This document shows, one piece after another, positions 1-13,272 of a stretch of 64,000 bases of DNA. The position numbers and the translations under genes are program-made. Each line of letters opens with the position of its first letter. Within the stretch, counting starts at the first letter, position 1. The stretch is from contig NC_042997.1 of NCBI RefSeq assembly GCF_006345805.1, positions 126,108,001 through 126,172,000 on the forward strand, read 5' to 3'. The notes below the pieces were generated by a model, which worked only from the letters and a program-made list of their open reading frames with translations, searched no databases and had not been told where the DNA came from. This DNA comes from Octopus sinensis (lineage: Eukaryota).

Positions 1-128
1 TATGGAGGGGAGAAAATCAGGTGTAGTGTTGGTGAATCTCAGGAAGCATGGAAGTTTTGAAGGATGCAGTGCTCCGACAACTAACAACTGATGCCGGCAG
101 TTTGTTCCATGCTTCAGCAACTCTTAGC
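1..128 (-). mobile_element. CR1-clade LINE 3' fragment
   Basis: Reverse translation LRVAEAWNKLPASVVSCRSTASFK resembles the CR1 RV...WN.LP..VV...S..FK end; near-identical to 25160-25290. Confidence 0.7.
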
Positions 129-467
129 TCCTTTATTTTAGTAATGACTTATCCTTTCTCCCTTTTCTTTATCTTGCTCTCTGTTTCTCATGCTATAGCT
201 CATCCCCCTCCTCCCTCTCTCTCTCTCTCTGACTGACTACATCTCATTTCTTTTCTTTCCCTTTATATTTCACCCCCTCTCTTTCTCTCATTCTCTTTAG
301 CTGTTTCTCACCATTTCTTTCTCTCTTTTTCTCTGTAGCTATTTGTTATTCTCATACAGCCATACACGAAGAAACATGCATGCACACACACTCAGTGAAT
401 TCAATAACATATATAAACGACACCAACTTAATGTTCAACTGCTTAAAATGTTAAACATTTATTACAG

Positions 468-538
468 ACTTTAAAAGATGAGAGTTATGAAACAATGTTT
501 ACTCGAGTTTGTCAAGGAATCAAGGAAATTGCTGAACA
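468..538 (+). CDS. POLA2: POLA2 internal exon (TLKDESYETMFTRVCQGIKEIAE)
   Basis: ttattacag|ACT...GAA CA|gtaagt; 71 nt, phase 0 to 2, joins the exon at 3710 in frame; position fits Pol alpha B subunit upstream of the LVPS.RD motif. Confidence 0.8.
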
Positions 539-653
539 GTAAGTGACCATGTTTACCTCCAATAGACTAAGAGAACCCCTACATCAATAGTTCTCAACCA
601 GGGTCCATATGAGTCTTGGGGATCTGTCTAAAATTTTTTTGTTTGTGTGCATA

Positions 654-1010
654 GGTGCAGGAGTGGCTGTGTGGTAAGTAGCTTGCTTAACAACCACATG
701 GTTCCAGGTTCAGTCCCACTGCATGGCACCTTGGGCAAGTGTCTTCTACTATAGCCTCGGGCCGACCAAAAACTTGTGAGTGAATTCAGTAGTAGACGGA
801 AACTAAAAGAAGCCCGTTGTATATATATATTTGTGTGTTTGTGTTTGTCCCCCAACATTGCTTGACAACCGATGCTGGTGTGTTTATGTCCCTGTAACTT
901 AGCGGTTCGGCAAAAGACACTAGGCTCACAAAGTCCTGGGGTCGATTTGCTCGAGTAAAGGTGGTGCTCCAGCATGGCTGAAGTCAAATGACTGAAACAA
1001 GTAAAAGAGT
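654..1010 (+). mobile_element. tRNA-derived SINE family A (TA/TG microsatellite core)
   Basis: tRNA-like head GGTGCAGGAGTGGCTGTGTGG...GGTTCAGTCCC, shared body and tail ...GAAACAAGTAAAAGAG; many further copies in the window. Confidence 0.8.
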
Positions 1011-1248
1011 AATAAATTGGTAATACTTCTACATTACTCAAAATATTAAAAAAAAAATTTTGGTACAATTCCTAATAACATTTAATTATAAAAGTATGAC
1101 TTTCTTAAATATTGAGATGGCTATGGGGGTCCAGTTGACTAAGAGAGGAATCAAAGGGGGCCACAGGCAAAAAAGAAAAAAATGGTTGAGAGCCTCTGTT
1201 TTACATGGTTATTGAATCTGCTAGAAATAGCAGCTAATTTTCCTTTAA

Positions 1249-1876
1249 CCCTTTCGTTACCAACCTGGCTGAAACCGGCTCTGGCTCTGAGTACAAATGT
1301 CTTGTTTTCATAAGTTTTGAATTAAAATCTCCCACCAAACCATAGTCACAATTTATGTTCCTAACACTAGCTTAATGATAACCAAGTTATTTTACTAAAT
1401 TGTAGCCAGTCCACTTATGCATTCCTTTCCTTCTTGGGACACAAAACTCTACTTGTGAAGACCTGTTGAGGCAAGTGAAAATCAAAATCATAATCGATCA
1501 ACATCAATGGAATTTGTAGCTGTGATACCAGTGCCGGTGGCACGTAAGAGAACCATCCGAACGTGGCCGTAGCCAGCGCCGCCCTGACTGGCCTCCGTGC
1601 CGGTGGCACGTAAAAAGCACCATCCGATCGTGGCCGTCGCCAGCCTCGTCTGGCACCTGTGTCGGTGGCACGTAAAAAGCACCCACTACACTCACGGAGT
1701 AGTTGGCATTAGAAACACTGCCTGATCAGACTGGGCCTGGTGCAACCTTCTGGCTTCCCAGACCCCAGTTGAACCATCCAACCCATGCTAGCATGGAAAG
1801 CAGACATTAAACGATGATGATGAAAGTAATTGAAAGAAACACAGAGCATCTCAAAATAAATACGGTAATGAAAGGG
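1249..1876. mobile_element. piggyBac-like MITE interrupted by a (GAT)n-tailed retroposon (about 1403-1823)
   Basis: TTAA|CCCTTTCGTTAC ... GTAATGAAAGGG|TTAA; intact sister copy at 7575-7795. Confidence 0.7.
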
Positions 1877-2588
1877 TTAAATTATACCTTACTCTGAGTA
1901 GCCTGAGCAAAGCATGCCTTACTGTTAGGTAGTTCAGATTAACAAAGTTCATTATAAAAGTCGTAGAAGTTTTTATTTCTTTGCTATGCAAGGAAATAAG
2001 GACTTTGATTTTCTGAGGGCCTCTATATACCTCTGTCAGTCAGGAAAAATGAGTTGGTTGCAGTTGGAATCCCTTTGATCATAGATGAGCTCAATCAGAA
2101 CTGATCTAAAACTAGACAACAACAAAATATTAGTGATTTAGCCAATGTGTTAAGGAGTTCAAAGAGGGACCAGCTCTGAAAATGTCATGAATTCAAAGTC
2201 TAAGAGAGGCAAGTGCCAGACAGAATGTCTCGCAATATTTTTTAGTACTGTGCAATAACAATGGTTTCTAATATTGGCACAAGGCCAGCAATTTTAGAGG
2301 GAGGGGGTTAGTTGATTACACTGGCCCCAGTACTTGACTATGAAATGATGAAAGCTGACCTCAGAGTAATTTGGACTCAAAATTTTAAAGAGTTGGAAGA
2401 AATGCTTCCAAGCATTTTGTATGTCTTTGCTAATGATTCTGCCTTGTGCAGTGCAGTAGAGTGAAATGCCAAATCCAGAAGCATGTGGCTGTGCAGAAAA
2501 CTTCTTAACTGCCCAACCATTATAACAAACTGACTTCAACTAAGAACAAAGGAAATGTTGGGTTGAGGTGGTGGTGGTTCTCCTTCTT

Positions 2589-2820
2589 ATTTCTTTATTG
2601 CCCACAAGAGGCTAAACATAGAGGGGACAAACGAGGACAGACAAAGGGATTAAGTCGATTACATCAACCCCAGTGTGTAACTGGTACTTATTTAATTGAC
2701 CCCGAAAGGATGAAAGGCAAATTCGACCTCGGCAGAATTTGAACTCAGAATGTAACGGCAGACGAAATACCGCTAAGCATTTTGCCCGGCATGCTAATGT
2801 TTCTGCCAGCTCGCCACCTT
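2589..2820 (-). mobile_element. tRNA-derived SINE family C
   Basis: Head AAGGTGGCGAGCTGGCAGAAAC...GAGTTCAAATTC, central GGTCGAATTTGCCTTTCATCCTTTCGGGGTC; highly similar to 54111-54342. Confidence 0.78.
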
Positions 2821-3299
2821 CTTACCATACTGGTCAGTTGAATTCATGTCAGCATGGAAAAATAGACATAAAGTAATGGTGATGATCATGATTTTGTTTT
2901 TACTTTGTTATTACTATTGTTTTAGTTTATATAACCAATGGTTTAAATTGTTCTATATTTTGAAAGCCTTTTCCACCTGATGTATAATTGTAGATCTACA
3001 TATTACCTTTCCATATTATCATCATCACATGTCCATTTTCCATGCTAGCATGGGTTCGATGGCTTGACAGGAACTGGCAATGGCCAGGGTCTGCACTTGG
3101 TTCTATAGTCTGTTTTTGGCTTGATTTCTAGAGCTGGATGCTCTTCTTAATGCCAACCACTTTATGGAGTGGACTGGGTGCTTTTTTATGTGGCACCAGC
3201 ACCTTTACTTAAAACTAGTCTAATACGTAGTTAGACATCTGAATATCACCCCTTTATACCTAAAACCAATGTGGTTCACAGTTATACATTTGGATATCT

Positions 3300-3500
3300 T
3301 GTCTTGAGACAGCATTCACCCGGGCTAGGTTGAGCTGGCTTCATTCATCCTCAATGCTGCATCACTCACAAACGCCAACCAGGCCTGGCGATTTGAGGCT
3401 AATGACCGCGTGATCTCCAACCACTCCTTATTCCAGCAGCGAACGCAAGTATATCCTAACAGGGATATACTTGCGGCTAGAGACCACTAGCGAACTTCCT
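3300..3500 (-). mobile_element. RTE-clade LINE 3' fragment
   Basis: Similar to 8150-8310; short CAAGA-type tail. Confidence 0.6.
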
Positions 3501-3709
3501 ATTCCCAAGATCCTTCAAACATTACTCATGTACATACATCTGGATATTACCTCATCTTACTAAAATTAATGTGATATGGCTGGATATTGACACTCCATGC
3601 CTAAACTTTACCAACATTGTAGTATTGCCATTGAAGATAATGTGAGAGTTTTTGGTTGTTGGTAATTCTTTAAATTAATAATGGTGTTGTTTGGTGTTTT
3701 CTTCTTCAG

Positions 3710-3803
3710 GCTCCGCTGTACCATGGTGTTGGTGCCATCTGCTCGAGATATCCACAACACACCGATATATCCACAACCACCATTTGAATATGGAGAGAGT
3801 GAG
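3710..3803 (+). CDS. POLA2: POLA2 exon (LRCTMVLVPSARDIHNTPIYPQPPFEYGESE)
   Basis: cttcttcag| acceptor, |gtaaat donor; resembles the LVFVPSLRDVHHEPVYPQPPF motif of human POLA2. Confidence 0.92.
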
Positions 3804-4074
3804 GTAAATCTAAAATGAAACTGCTTTTATTCGTTTTTATTTGCATCAATTTTATGAAAATGATGATGGTGATGATTGTGGTGATATTGATGACCACTAT
3901 AACCTAAATGGAGAAATTTTGTCTATGTCTACCATCATTAGTTGAAATTCAAGCCTATTTGCTACACATTGCTTCTTTAACTGTTTAGCATTCAGATTAC
4001 TCTGTCAAATGTAATGCTTATTAACAACAACAACATCATCACCACAACATCATCATCATCACCACCATCATCAT

Positions 4075-4555
4075 CATCATCATCATCGTTTAACGTTCAC
4101 TTTCCATGCTAGCATGGGTTGGACGATTTGACTGAGGATTGGCGAACCAGATGGCTGCACCAGGCTCCAGTCTGATCTGGCAGAGTTTCTACAGCTGGGT
4201 GCCCTTCCTAACGCCAACCACTCTGAGAGTGTAATCGGTGCTTTTACGTGCCACCAGCACGAGGGCCAGTCAGGCGGTACTGGCAACGGCCATGCTCAAT
4301 TGGAGTTTTTTACATGCCACCTGCACAGGAGCCAGTCCAGCGACACTGGCAACGACCTTGCTTGAATATTTTTTCATGTGCCAGTAAGGCGACACTAGTA
4401 ACGATCACGCTCGAACGGTGCTTTTTACGTGGCACCGGCACGGAATCCAGTTTGATGCTCTGGCAACCATCATGCTCGGATGGTGCTCTTAGCACTCCAC
4501 TAGCACGGATGCCAGTCATTGAATTTGATTTCGATTTTGATTGTTTTGAATTCAT
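4075..4555 (-). mobile_element. (GAT)n-tailed retroposon family B with internal TGCC.GTGGCA.GTAAAAAGCAC repeats
   Basis: Shared 3' end AGGAAGGGCA.CCAGCTGTAGAAAC...CATGCTAGCATGGAAAG..ACGTTAAAC(GAT)n; many copies in the window. Confidence 0.75.
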
Positions 4556-5139
4556 CATCACCATCATTTAGTGTCCATCTTCCATGCTGTCATGCATTGG
4601 ATGGCAAGCTGGAAGAGGGTACCAAGCCACAGTATCTGTTTTGGCATGGTTTTTATGGCTGGATGCTTTTCCTAATGCCAACCATTTACAGAGTGGACTG
4701 GGTGCATTATTAAAAAAAAATTCTTTAGGAGCCAAAAGAGTCAATGTGATTGCTTGATTGGCTCTAAATGGCTACTCAATCTTACTGAATTCTCACTGTA
4801 TCTTCTTAAAAAGGGAAAGAAACAGGTCTCCTTAAAAATTGACTGAATGGTCACAGCCTGAAAATCTTTGATTATAGACCTGCTCAATAAAGGCTAACCT
4901 GGAACCAAACAACAACCGATAGAATCTTTATTTTTGAAACAGTTTCACAAATGGTGGGGAATCATAATAGAGTATGTTCTTCTAATGAGTAACTTGTGGT
5001 TTGAGAGTTCCTGGGAGAAAAGGGTACTAACTTTTTCACTGCAAGAATGAAATGTGATTGATTAAATTCATTGATAATTAAATTTATTGATTTTTTTTTC
5101 TTTGTCCAAATAATTGAAACCCCTTCTTACATGTTTCAG

Positions 5140-5249
5140 TTCATGCATTTTGTAACTGATCCGAGCCTTCTGTCTATTAATGGTGTTGTGTTTGGGATCA
5201 CATCCACTGATGTCATCTTCCACATTTGTAACTCTGAATGCTTTGCGAG
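5140..5249 (+). CDS. POLA2: POLA2 exon (FMHFVTDPSLLSINGVVFGITSTDVIFHICNSECFA)
   Basis: tgtttcag| acceptor, AG|gtaagt donor; resembles VQFVSEPCSLSINGVIFGLTSTDLLFH. Confidence 0.93.
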
Positions 5250-5954
5250 GTAAGTACTGTTCACATTCACGTTAACTGTTCAGCTGAATATAACAACACA
5301 CTTCAGGCCTTAGACATGTGTCGCTTTTAGTTGAGGAGCAGTAAGAATTGAAGGGAGAGGACTCTTAAGCCCAGCCAGTACAGGATGGCAGAAACTCTCC
5401 AGCTCAATCACTTAGTTGTATGAGAAAGAAACAAACAAATGGAGATAATGCAGGGAAGAGGATACAAATCTCAGAATACATATATAGAGTAGGAAGAGAA
5501 AATATGCTGAGCTAGAGAGATTATGCCAAAGCAATGAGTAGCAAGCAAAGTGAAATTCCATTGAGCTGGAGAGCTATGCTGGAGGGAAAGAAATCTTCAG
5601 GCAGGTCAGAGAGTAGGGGACTCACAAAACTTTAACGACAATAAATCGAAGCGTTGGCAGCAGGGCGTGGATTTAGTTATCGGCAGGACCTAACAGATCA
5701 GATTCCTGATTTTGAACTAGCAGGATGTCATGCAGAAGATCTTAAATACAAGATGTTGGATGAAACCCTAATATTCCTAGTTAGATGGAAACTGGGACTA
5801 CATCAAGTAACGTGACTGAAACCCCTGGAAAGGGGCATCCTATGGGATGACCTAGATGAGATATTAAGTGGGGAAGGATTCCAGTATAAAATGTAAGCCT
5901 TTATGTTATTGTAAAAAGCTGAAATAACTAATAAACAATTTGTTTCCTTTTTAG

Positions 5955-6011
5955 CACAAATCCAATGAATCGCTTCAAACGAATCATACGCCATTTGTTC
6001 TCTCAGCAAAG
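5955..6011 (+). CDS. POLA2: POLA2 exon (STNPMNRFKRIIRHLFSQQ)
   Basis: ttcctttttag| acceptor, AG|gtaatc donor; 57 nt, phase 2/2; resembles DRFSRILKHILTQRS. Confidence 0.9.
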
Positions 6012-7574
6012 GTAATCTGGGTTTTAGTTACAATCTCTCTCTCCCTTTTCTCTGTCTGATTTATGACACCATTAATGTTATTACCATAATTAATATTTAT
6101 GCGTGATATTATTGCTCTAATTAATATTACATATGTTGAACATGATATGTTGTATGCTCATGTTAATTTAACAGTTAGCTTTGAAAATATTCCACTTATA
6201 CCTTATTTATAATTTTGCTCATGTATTCTTTGCTGATAAAGCACACATACACATTCTGAATCACATTGAAAAGACTCATTTACTTGATAAGCAAACCTTC
6301 ATTCAAGGGGAAAGTCTATGCAGCTGCTTACTATGCTAGAAATAGCAGTCAAATCTCTTCTCTTAGAAAAGACATATTGGAGTTATATATCACTGCTGAT
6401 AGAAAGAATCTCTTTCATTGGTTGAAGTTGGTTTTCTATATCTTCACCTCTCCCATATATTTTAGGTGTGTCCCCCACTTTTATAAACCCTAATTGTGCC
6501 TTTATAAATTTACTCCCTCACCTGTTCCTATAAACCCTAGCTGTGCTCTTCACTTATCTGCTATAAATTGTAATTGTACTTCTCACCTGTTTTTAATGGG
6601 CTTCAGTAACTTACTTTTCATCTTTCCCTTATAAACTTCTGCACTGTCTCATATCATTTATAAAACCCAGCTCTGTTTCTTATCTGTGCCTTCTTTAAAG
6701 CCTTACTCTCACTCTGAATGTCTCTCCAAAAATCTTATCCATAAGCTATCCCTCTTAACAACCATTGAGATTTTCTAGAAACTTTTCTCTACAGCTTACG
6801 GAGATGTACTTGCTTAGCAAGTGACCTGATCTGAGATCGTGTGCTGGAACGAAAACAATTGCAGCGTGGAAGGTGTTTATAAGCCATTTAACAAACACAA
6901 AAACCGATAGATTCACTTCAACATTTAAATTTAATTTGTCAAAATATGTTCATTGCTTTGAGACTGCAACCTGTTCACTGACAAAATTCCGTGCTAGCCT
7001 TATTGACCAATATACTTTCTGCCGTAAGTTAACCAGGTTTGCAGCTTATTTCTTCTCTCCAGGCAACTCTACTTAAGCTGAACCATGGTGTACAAAGATA
7101 GTTATCATATCAACCATTTGATCAGTATCTAATGCTGTGGTGGTGATGATGACATCAGGCATGGATGGGATGATTCAACGCCATCACATTATCTCCCCAT
7201 TTATCATCTCATTTGTGAAATTCAGCATCCTAAGATCAATTGTTACGACTTCTGCAGCCTCCTCCCATGTTGGTCAATTTTCATTGTAAGACATGTTCTT
7301 CCATTTAGGTCTCAAAACAGAGTTCCCATTTTAAAGATAGTAGGAAAATTATTACATTAAACATGTTAAATGCCTACATATAAACTAACTTTGTATATAT
7401 CACATGAAATCAATGATTTAGTGGATCTAATTCTTTAGCTCCTGTTTCTCCAGATCTGTTTATCTAACTCCTGACTGAACAAATCTCTTTCTCCAGTTCT
7501 GGTTGTGCAGCTCCAGATTTAACAGACTGATTTTTCCAGATATTTTCACTTAGTTGGTTCTATGTTCTCTTTAA

Positions 7575-7795
7575 CCCTTTCATTACCAACCTGGCCGAAA
7601 CCACCTCTGGCTCTGTAGTACAAATGTCTTGTTTTCCTAAGTTTTGAATTAAAATCTTCCACCAAACCTTAGTCACAATTTATGTTACTAACACTAGCTT
7701 AATAGTAACTAAGTTATTTTTCTAAATTCTTTGTTATATTTAAAATAACTGAAAGAAACACAGAGCATCTCAAAATAAATACAGTAACGAAAAGG
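7575..7795. mobile_element. piggyBac-like MITE (221 bp)
   Basis: TTAA target duplication at 7571-7574 and 7796-7799; imperfect terminal inverted repeats CCCTTTCATTAC / GTAACGAAAAGG. Confidence 0.72.
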
Positions 7796-7902
7796 TTAAT
7801 GTTGCAAAATCAAATGTCTTTATCACTACATCTCTCTAAAAGTCATGACCACCACAACAACCAATATCTATACACAAATCACTTTTGTTCTCTCTTCTCC
7901 AG

Positions 7903-8026
7903 CTTCTATCCACTGTATCCATCACATAATGATGTCAGCGTTAGTTTCAGTCATGCAGAAAGTTTTGAACTTCCCACCAAACCTCACGTGTTGATCGTGC
8001 CATCTCAATTCCGCTATTTTGTTTTG
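7903..8026 (+). CDS. POLA2: POLA2 exon (SFYPLYPSHNDVSVSFSHAESFELPTKPHVLIVPSQFRYFVL)
   Basis: tctcttctccag| acceptor, |gtgagt donor; resembles SYYPLYPP...LPVTPDVLIIPSELRYFVK. Confidence 0.93.
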
Positions 8027-8149
8027 GTGAGTATTGTAGTATTACTGGCTGCAATGGTGTGTGGGTGGTACTTGCTACCATATTATTACTGGCTGTAAAG
8101 GTGTATGTGTGCGTGGTACTCAGTGTTGTAGGAGTGTGTCTTGTTGAGT

Positions 8150-8470
8150 ACAGTCTTGTCTTGTCTTGAGACAGCATTCTCCCGGGGTGGGTTGAGCTGG
8201 CTTCATTCATCCTCAATGCTGTATCTCTCACAAACGCCGACCAGACCTGGCGATTTGAGGCTAACAACTGCGTGATCTCCAACCACTCCTTATTCCAGTG
8301 GCGAACGCTGTAGATATGGGGGCCTAGGTTGGGTTCCAGATCAGCCTTGACTGTCATCAGCCAGGTTTTTCGTTGTCCACATCGTTTTCGCCAACCCTGA
8401 AGGGGAGCTGGGGCAATTCCTTTGTAGATGAATTCCGGTTGACGATGGAGGGCATGTTAAGTACAGTATG
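8150..8470 (-). mobile_element. RTE-clade LINE 3' fragment
   Basis: Translation VKADLEPNLGPHIYSVRHWNKEWLEITQLLASNRQVWSAFVRD is typical of RTE ORF ends; CAAGA repeats as tail. Confidence 0.7.
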
Positions 8471-9470
8471 CCACTATAGTGATGTGTGGTGCTGAATACT
8501 ATTGACTGTAGGGATTTGTGACGTTAGTGTTGCTGGCAAGGAAAATGTGGTTGAGAACTGCATGTTGTAGGGGGTTTATGGTGGATTTGAGCATATACCA
8601 CTATTGCCTGTAGGTACATGGTGGTATGTGCTCCAGTACTTACCTCTGTGTATCACTTATAGTAGTGGAGTGTGGTAGAGGCTAAAACTAGTTTTGTTCA
8701 AGGGTGAGTAGTGAATAATTACAATAGAGTAATAGCATCTGAAAACACTGAGTTTTATGAAAGTGATGAGAAAATAACTGAGATATATGGCACATTGCTG
8801 TATTCAAGGAAATTATCCTCTACAACATAAGTGATATCCTAAAACCAGTGCTGTGTAAAAAACATCCAATACACTCTGTAAAGTGTTTGGTATAGGAAGG
8901 ACAACCAGCTGTAGGAGCCATGAAACAGACTATGAAATGTGGTGTGGCTCCTGACCTTGCCACCTCCTGTCAAGCTAACTCATGGCAGCATGGAACATAG
9001 ATGTTAAATGATGATGATAGAGTTGTAAGTAATAGAAATAATCACAGGTTCAGAAACTGGTGGCTAAGTGATAAATGGCCATCATACCATTATTCCTGAT
9101 TGAGAGATGATAGATGAGAATTTAGAAAGTTCTTAAATTACCATCATCATTAAGGTTTATGGGTCGGGCAGTTTGAAAGGATACAATGGTTCCAAGGACT
9201 GCAGTGTACTCCAGTACATGGTTTCTACAAATGAATGTCCTTAATGCCAACCATTTAGTGTACAGGGTGCGTTTTTTTTTTTGGCAGCCACACTAGTTAT
9301 GTCTCTCTGCAGCTCACAACACTATGAACCCTGATAGGATGGAGGCTGGCTTTGTCCTCAGAGATGAGAGAATGAGAATGATCAGGTTGAGCTGCATAGA
9401 GATTATATCTTAGATTTTTGTTTCAAATATACATTAAATGGTTCTGACTACCTTATTTATTAACAAGCTT

Positions 9471-9835
9471 AGGTGCAGGAGTGGCTGTGTGGTAAGTAGC
9501 TTGTTACAAACCACATGGTTCCGGGTTCAGTCCCACTGCTTGGCACCTTGGGCAAGTGTCTTCTACTATACCCTTGGGCCGACCAAAGTCTTGTGAGTGG
9601 ATTTGGTATACAGAAACTGAAAGAAGCCCGTCGTATACATGTATATATATATATACACATGTATGTGTTTGTCTCCCCAACATCGCTGGTGTGTTTACAT
9701 CCCTGTAACTTAGCGGTTCGGCAAAAAAGACCAATAGAATAAGTACTAGGCTTACAAAGAATAAGTCCTAGTTGCTCAACTAAAGGCGGTGCTCCAGCAT
9801 GGCCACAGTCAACTGCCTGAAACAAGTAAAAGAGT
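9471..9835 (+). mobile_element. SINE family A
   Basis: Same head, body and tail as 654-1010. Confidence 0.8.
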
Positions 9836-10099
9836 AAGCAAGAGCTGTACCATTCAGATGGTCCTACAGTTGATTGTTATCTTTGCTGCATCATACTTAT
9901 TCACACCTAAGTAAAGAGGATACACTTCAACCCCATCTTTATCTCTCTCCCCAGCTACTCTCAACCATCTTTGTATGATGCAGGCTAGCCATGTATTGCC
10001 TCAGCAGTAACCTACTTTTCCAGTCCTACATTAGCCTCTCAATATTTGGTACAAAGCCATCTTCCTCTCTACTACACCAGCTACTCATTTGAGGGGGCT

Positions 10100-10612
10100 T
10101 TTTTTGTGTTGTGAGTTACCTGGGGACCTCACTAGTGCTAGTACCACAAGTGAAATCAAAATCAAATTCGATGACTGGTATCCCTGCTAGTGGAGTGCTA
10201 AGAGCACCATCTGAGCATGATCGTTGCCAGAGCAGCCAACTGGCTTCTGTGCCGGTGGCACGTAAAAAGCACCATTCGAGTGTGATCTTTACCAGCGTCA
10301 CCTTACTGGCACTTGTGCTGGTGGCACATGAAAAAACATTCGAGTGAGGTTGTTGCCAGTGATGCTGGACTGGCTCCTGTGCAGGTGGCACATAAAAAAA
10401 ACACCATTTGAGCATGGCCGTTGCTAGTACCGGTGGCACATAAAAGCACCCACTACAATCTCGGAGTGGTTGGCGTTAGGAAGGGCATCCAGCTGTAGAA
10501 ACTCTGCCAGATCAAGATTGGAGCCTGGTGCAGCCATCTGGTTCGCCAGTCCTCAGTCAAATCATCCAACCCATGCTAGCATGGAAAGTGGACGTTAAAC
10601 AATGATGATGAT
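10100..10612 (+). mobile_element. Retroposon family B (long form)
   Basis: Similar to 47327-47810 and, in reverse, 4075-4555; GATGATGAT tail. Confidence 0.75.
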
Positions 10613-10871
10613 CCAACTGTAGAAACTATGCCAGAGCAGATACTGGAGCTTGATGCATTCTTGCAGGTTGTTGGATCCTGTTGAATTAACCAATCAATGC
10701 CTGTTTGGAAGATGGACATCAAATGATGATGGGTTGGAATAGCTGATAGTCTCTGATTCATACTCATAGCATTTCAGGTGACCCAAAGTCAGGTGCCTTT
10801 GTAATTTATTGAACTGTGATCCATGAATGATAAATAACTGAGTGAAACTTTTAATATTTTCTTCTTTGTAG

Positions 10872-11021
10872 GATGTGGATGACTGTTGCTGTATCAATCC
10901 TGGGAATCTAACCAAACGAGAAGCTGGAGGAACATTTGCTCTTATGAATATTCACAGAAGTAACAATGATCAAAAAAGTTCTCTTATTTCAGACACTGCC
11001 GTCAAAATTATCCGAGTGTAA
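10872..11021 (+). CDS. POLA2: POLA2 terminal coding exon (DVDDCCCINPGNLTKREAGGTFALMNIH...AVKIIRV*)
   Basis: cttctttgtag| acceptor; 150 nt ending in TAA; resembles DVLGCVCVNPGRLTKGQVGGTFA...VQVVRI. Confidence 0.93.
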   Translation, partial: DVDDCCCINPGNLTKREAGGTFALMNIHRSNNDQKSSLISDTAVKIIRV

Positions 11022-11266
11022 ATAAAATAGATGTAAAAGGATTTCATTTTAAAAACAAACATTAAAGATTATTATTATTATTGAAAGGTGGCAAGCTTGT
11101 AGAATTGTCACTGTGCTGAACAAAATGCTTCACGGACTTTTTTCCGACTCGACGACATGATTTCAATTTCTACCAAGGTCGACTTTGCCTTTCATCCTTT
11201 CCCACGCCCCTAAATTTGCTGGCCTTGTGCCAAAATTTGAAATTATTATTATTATAACTGAATAAA
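11021..11266 (+). terminator. POLA2 candidate polyadenylation signals (AATAAA at 11021-11026 and 11261-11266)
   Basis: Hexamers seen directly; the first overlaps the stop codon; usage not known. Confidence 0.5.
11082..11245 (+). mobile_element. Degenerate SINE family C copy between the POLA2 and RAD51 stop codons
   Basis: AAAGGTGGCAAGCTTGTAG...GGTCGACTTTGCCTTTCATCCTTT...GGCCTTGTGCCAAAATTTGAA, flanked by (ATT)n. Confidence 0.7.
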
Positions 11267-11307
11267 ACAAATGAAAGCAATTCCTTATCTCTGTAGTTTA
11301 ATTATTG

Positions 11308-11313
11308 TTTATT
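11308..11313 (-). terminator. RAD51 candidate polyadenylation signal
   Basis: TTTATT on + = AATAAA on -, about 90 nt past the RAD51 stop. Confidence 0.5.
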
Positions 11314-11403
11314 TCAACCAGAATCCTGTCTACCCTAAACAGATCCTAGTTTTACAAATATATATACAAAATTTACAGAAGATGAAGATTGTAAAAGACA
11401 ATC

Positions 11404-11613
<210 letters not shown>

Positions 11614-11634
11614 TTATTGGTAGAAGTGATTTTA

Positions 11635-11757
<123 letters not shown>

Positions 11758-13142
11758 CTAAAACAAAGATAATATAAAATTAAAAGACAGTCACAAGGGA
11801 ACATTTTATTTACATCATACTTGGTCAACATTGTTATCTGGAGGTTTTCAGTAAGCTATTGCATTTCTAACAGTGAGTGATAAGGAACAGTCTATACAAT
11901 TTGGGCAGAACAAATACAATACAGGTTTATTAATTTTATCTGAAAGAATCAACATCTACATTTTTATCTTTCAGTGCCGTATATGTAACAGGGTTCTGTA
12001 CAGCTTTCATCTACCAAATTCTACTCACAAACAATGACCCAAATGACATTCGTTGATGCTGCATCAAGGAAACCAAAGAATGAAGGCCAAAGAAAAAGGA
12101 GAAAGGAAAAGCACACTCAATGCCAGAGCTGAAGACACCTCCAAAAATGGGGGGGAGGGGGGCTGGCTGGCATGTCGAAAACGCTAAAGGAGTAGGGGCC
12201 AAAACTGGATGTAGTTCCTCTTGATGATGTCTTTAGCCACTGGATCCTATAAAGGAGCTGTTGAGGTAGCAAACCACAAATCGTGGTTGGAATTCCTTAA
12301 TGGATGTTTAACAGAGGGTTGTTTATCCCTTTTGATCAGTGAGAAAGGCTGAGTTATGTCAATCAACCGTAACATTGGTCAAAAGAGATAAAAAACAACC
12401 GTTAATGTTGTATTGCCTGCAAAGAATGAGTCCATGAAGGTGATCAACACCATGCCCACAGATATTATGGACTATACTGTAATCATCCCAGGAATATGGC
12501 CTATGATCTTAAGGGATGTGTGATTTGTGGAAACACGCATAATGATGCATTAAATGTTTATAGATTCCACCCAAGGATTATTGTTATTACTATATATATA
12601 TATATATACACATGATGGGCTTCTTTCAGTTTCCACCTACCAAATCCACTTACAAGGCGTTGGTTGGCCAGATGCTATAGTAGAAGACACTTACTTAAGG
12701 TGCCATGCAGTGGGATTGAACCTGGAACCCTGTGGTAGGGAAGTAAGCTTCATATGTGCATGAACTTTAACAACAAAATCTGATATGGATTCCACCAAGG
12801 GTCATATGGACCCCGGTTGAGAACCACTGCCCTTAACAGAAAATGGGCATAATAACTGAAGGATTGCTAATTTAACTTGCATCAAATTCAGATTGATCTT
12901 TGCTCTCTCCTTTATATATATATATATATATATATATGCATCTTACCTGAAAGGAACTGAAGTATTCACCAACTCTAAAGAAGACAACTTAACCTTTGGG
13001 ATTCAGATTATGTAATGTTACCTCAAGAGATTATCAGATATAGTGAAACTAAATATTTGTAGTGACTTGATAGGTTTTAGTTATGTTGAACATGCATAGA
13101 AAAAATGAAGTAGGATACAGTTAAAGAAAAAGTTGAACTGAC

Positions 13143-13272
13143 CTCATCAGCAAGACGTAGTAAAGTGCGGAGAAATCTAGCAAGATGCATCTGTCTTGCG
13201 GATAATTCTCCTCGGCCACTGTAATCAGTACGGTAAAGTGCTGTAGCACTGTCAACTATCAACAAAGCATAC
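13143..13272 (-). CDS. RAD51: RAD51 coding exon 7 ([43 protein letters not shown])
   Basis: attttcag| acceptor, |gtcagt donor; Walker B LLIVD; 130 nt. Confidence 0.97.

Noticed and set aside
628-1068. The many 60-146 aa ORFs containing GLNPEPCGW, RRHLPKVP or LDALPNANH
   Set aside because: Recurrent translations of SINE families A and B, not genes
4230-4450. Repeated about 25-nt TGCC.GTGGCA.GTAAAAAGCAC units with variable spacers, superficially CRISPR-like
   Set aside because: Eukaryotic context, no cas genes, irregular spacing; these are internal minisatellites of retroposon family B
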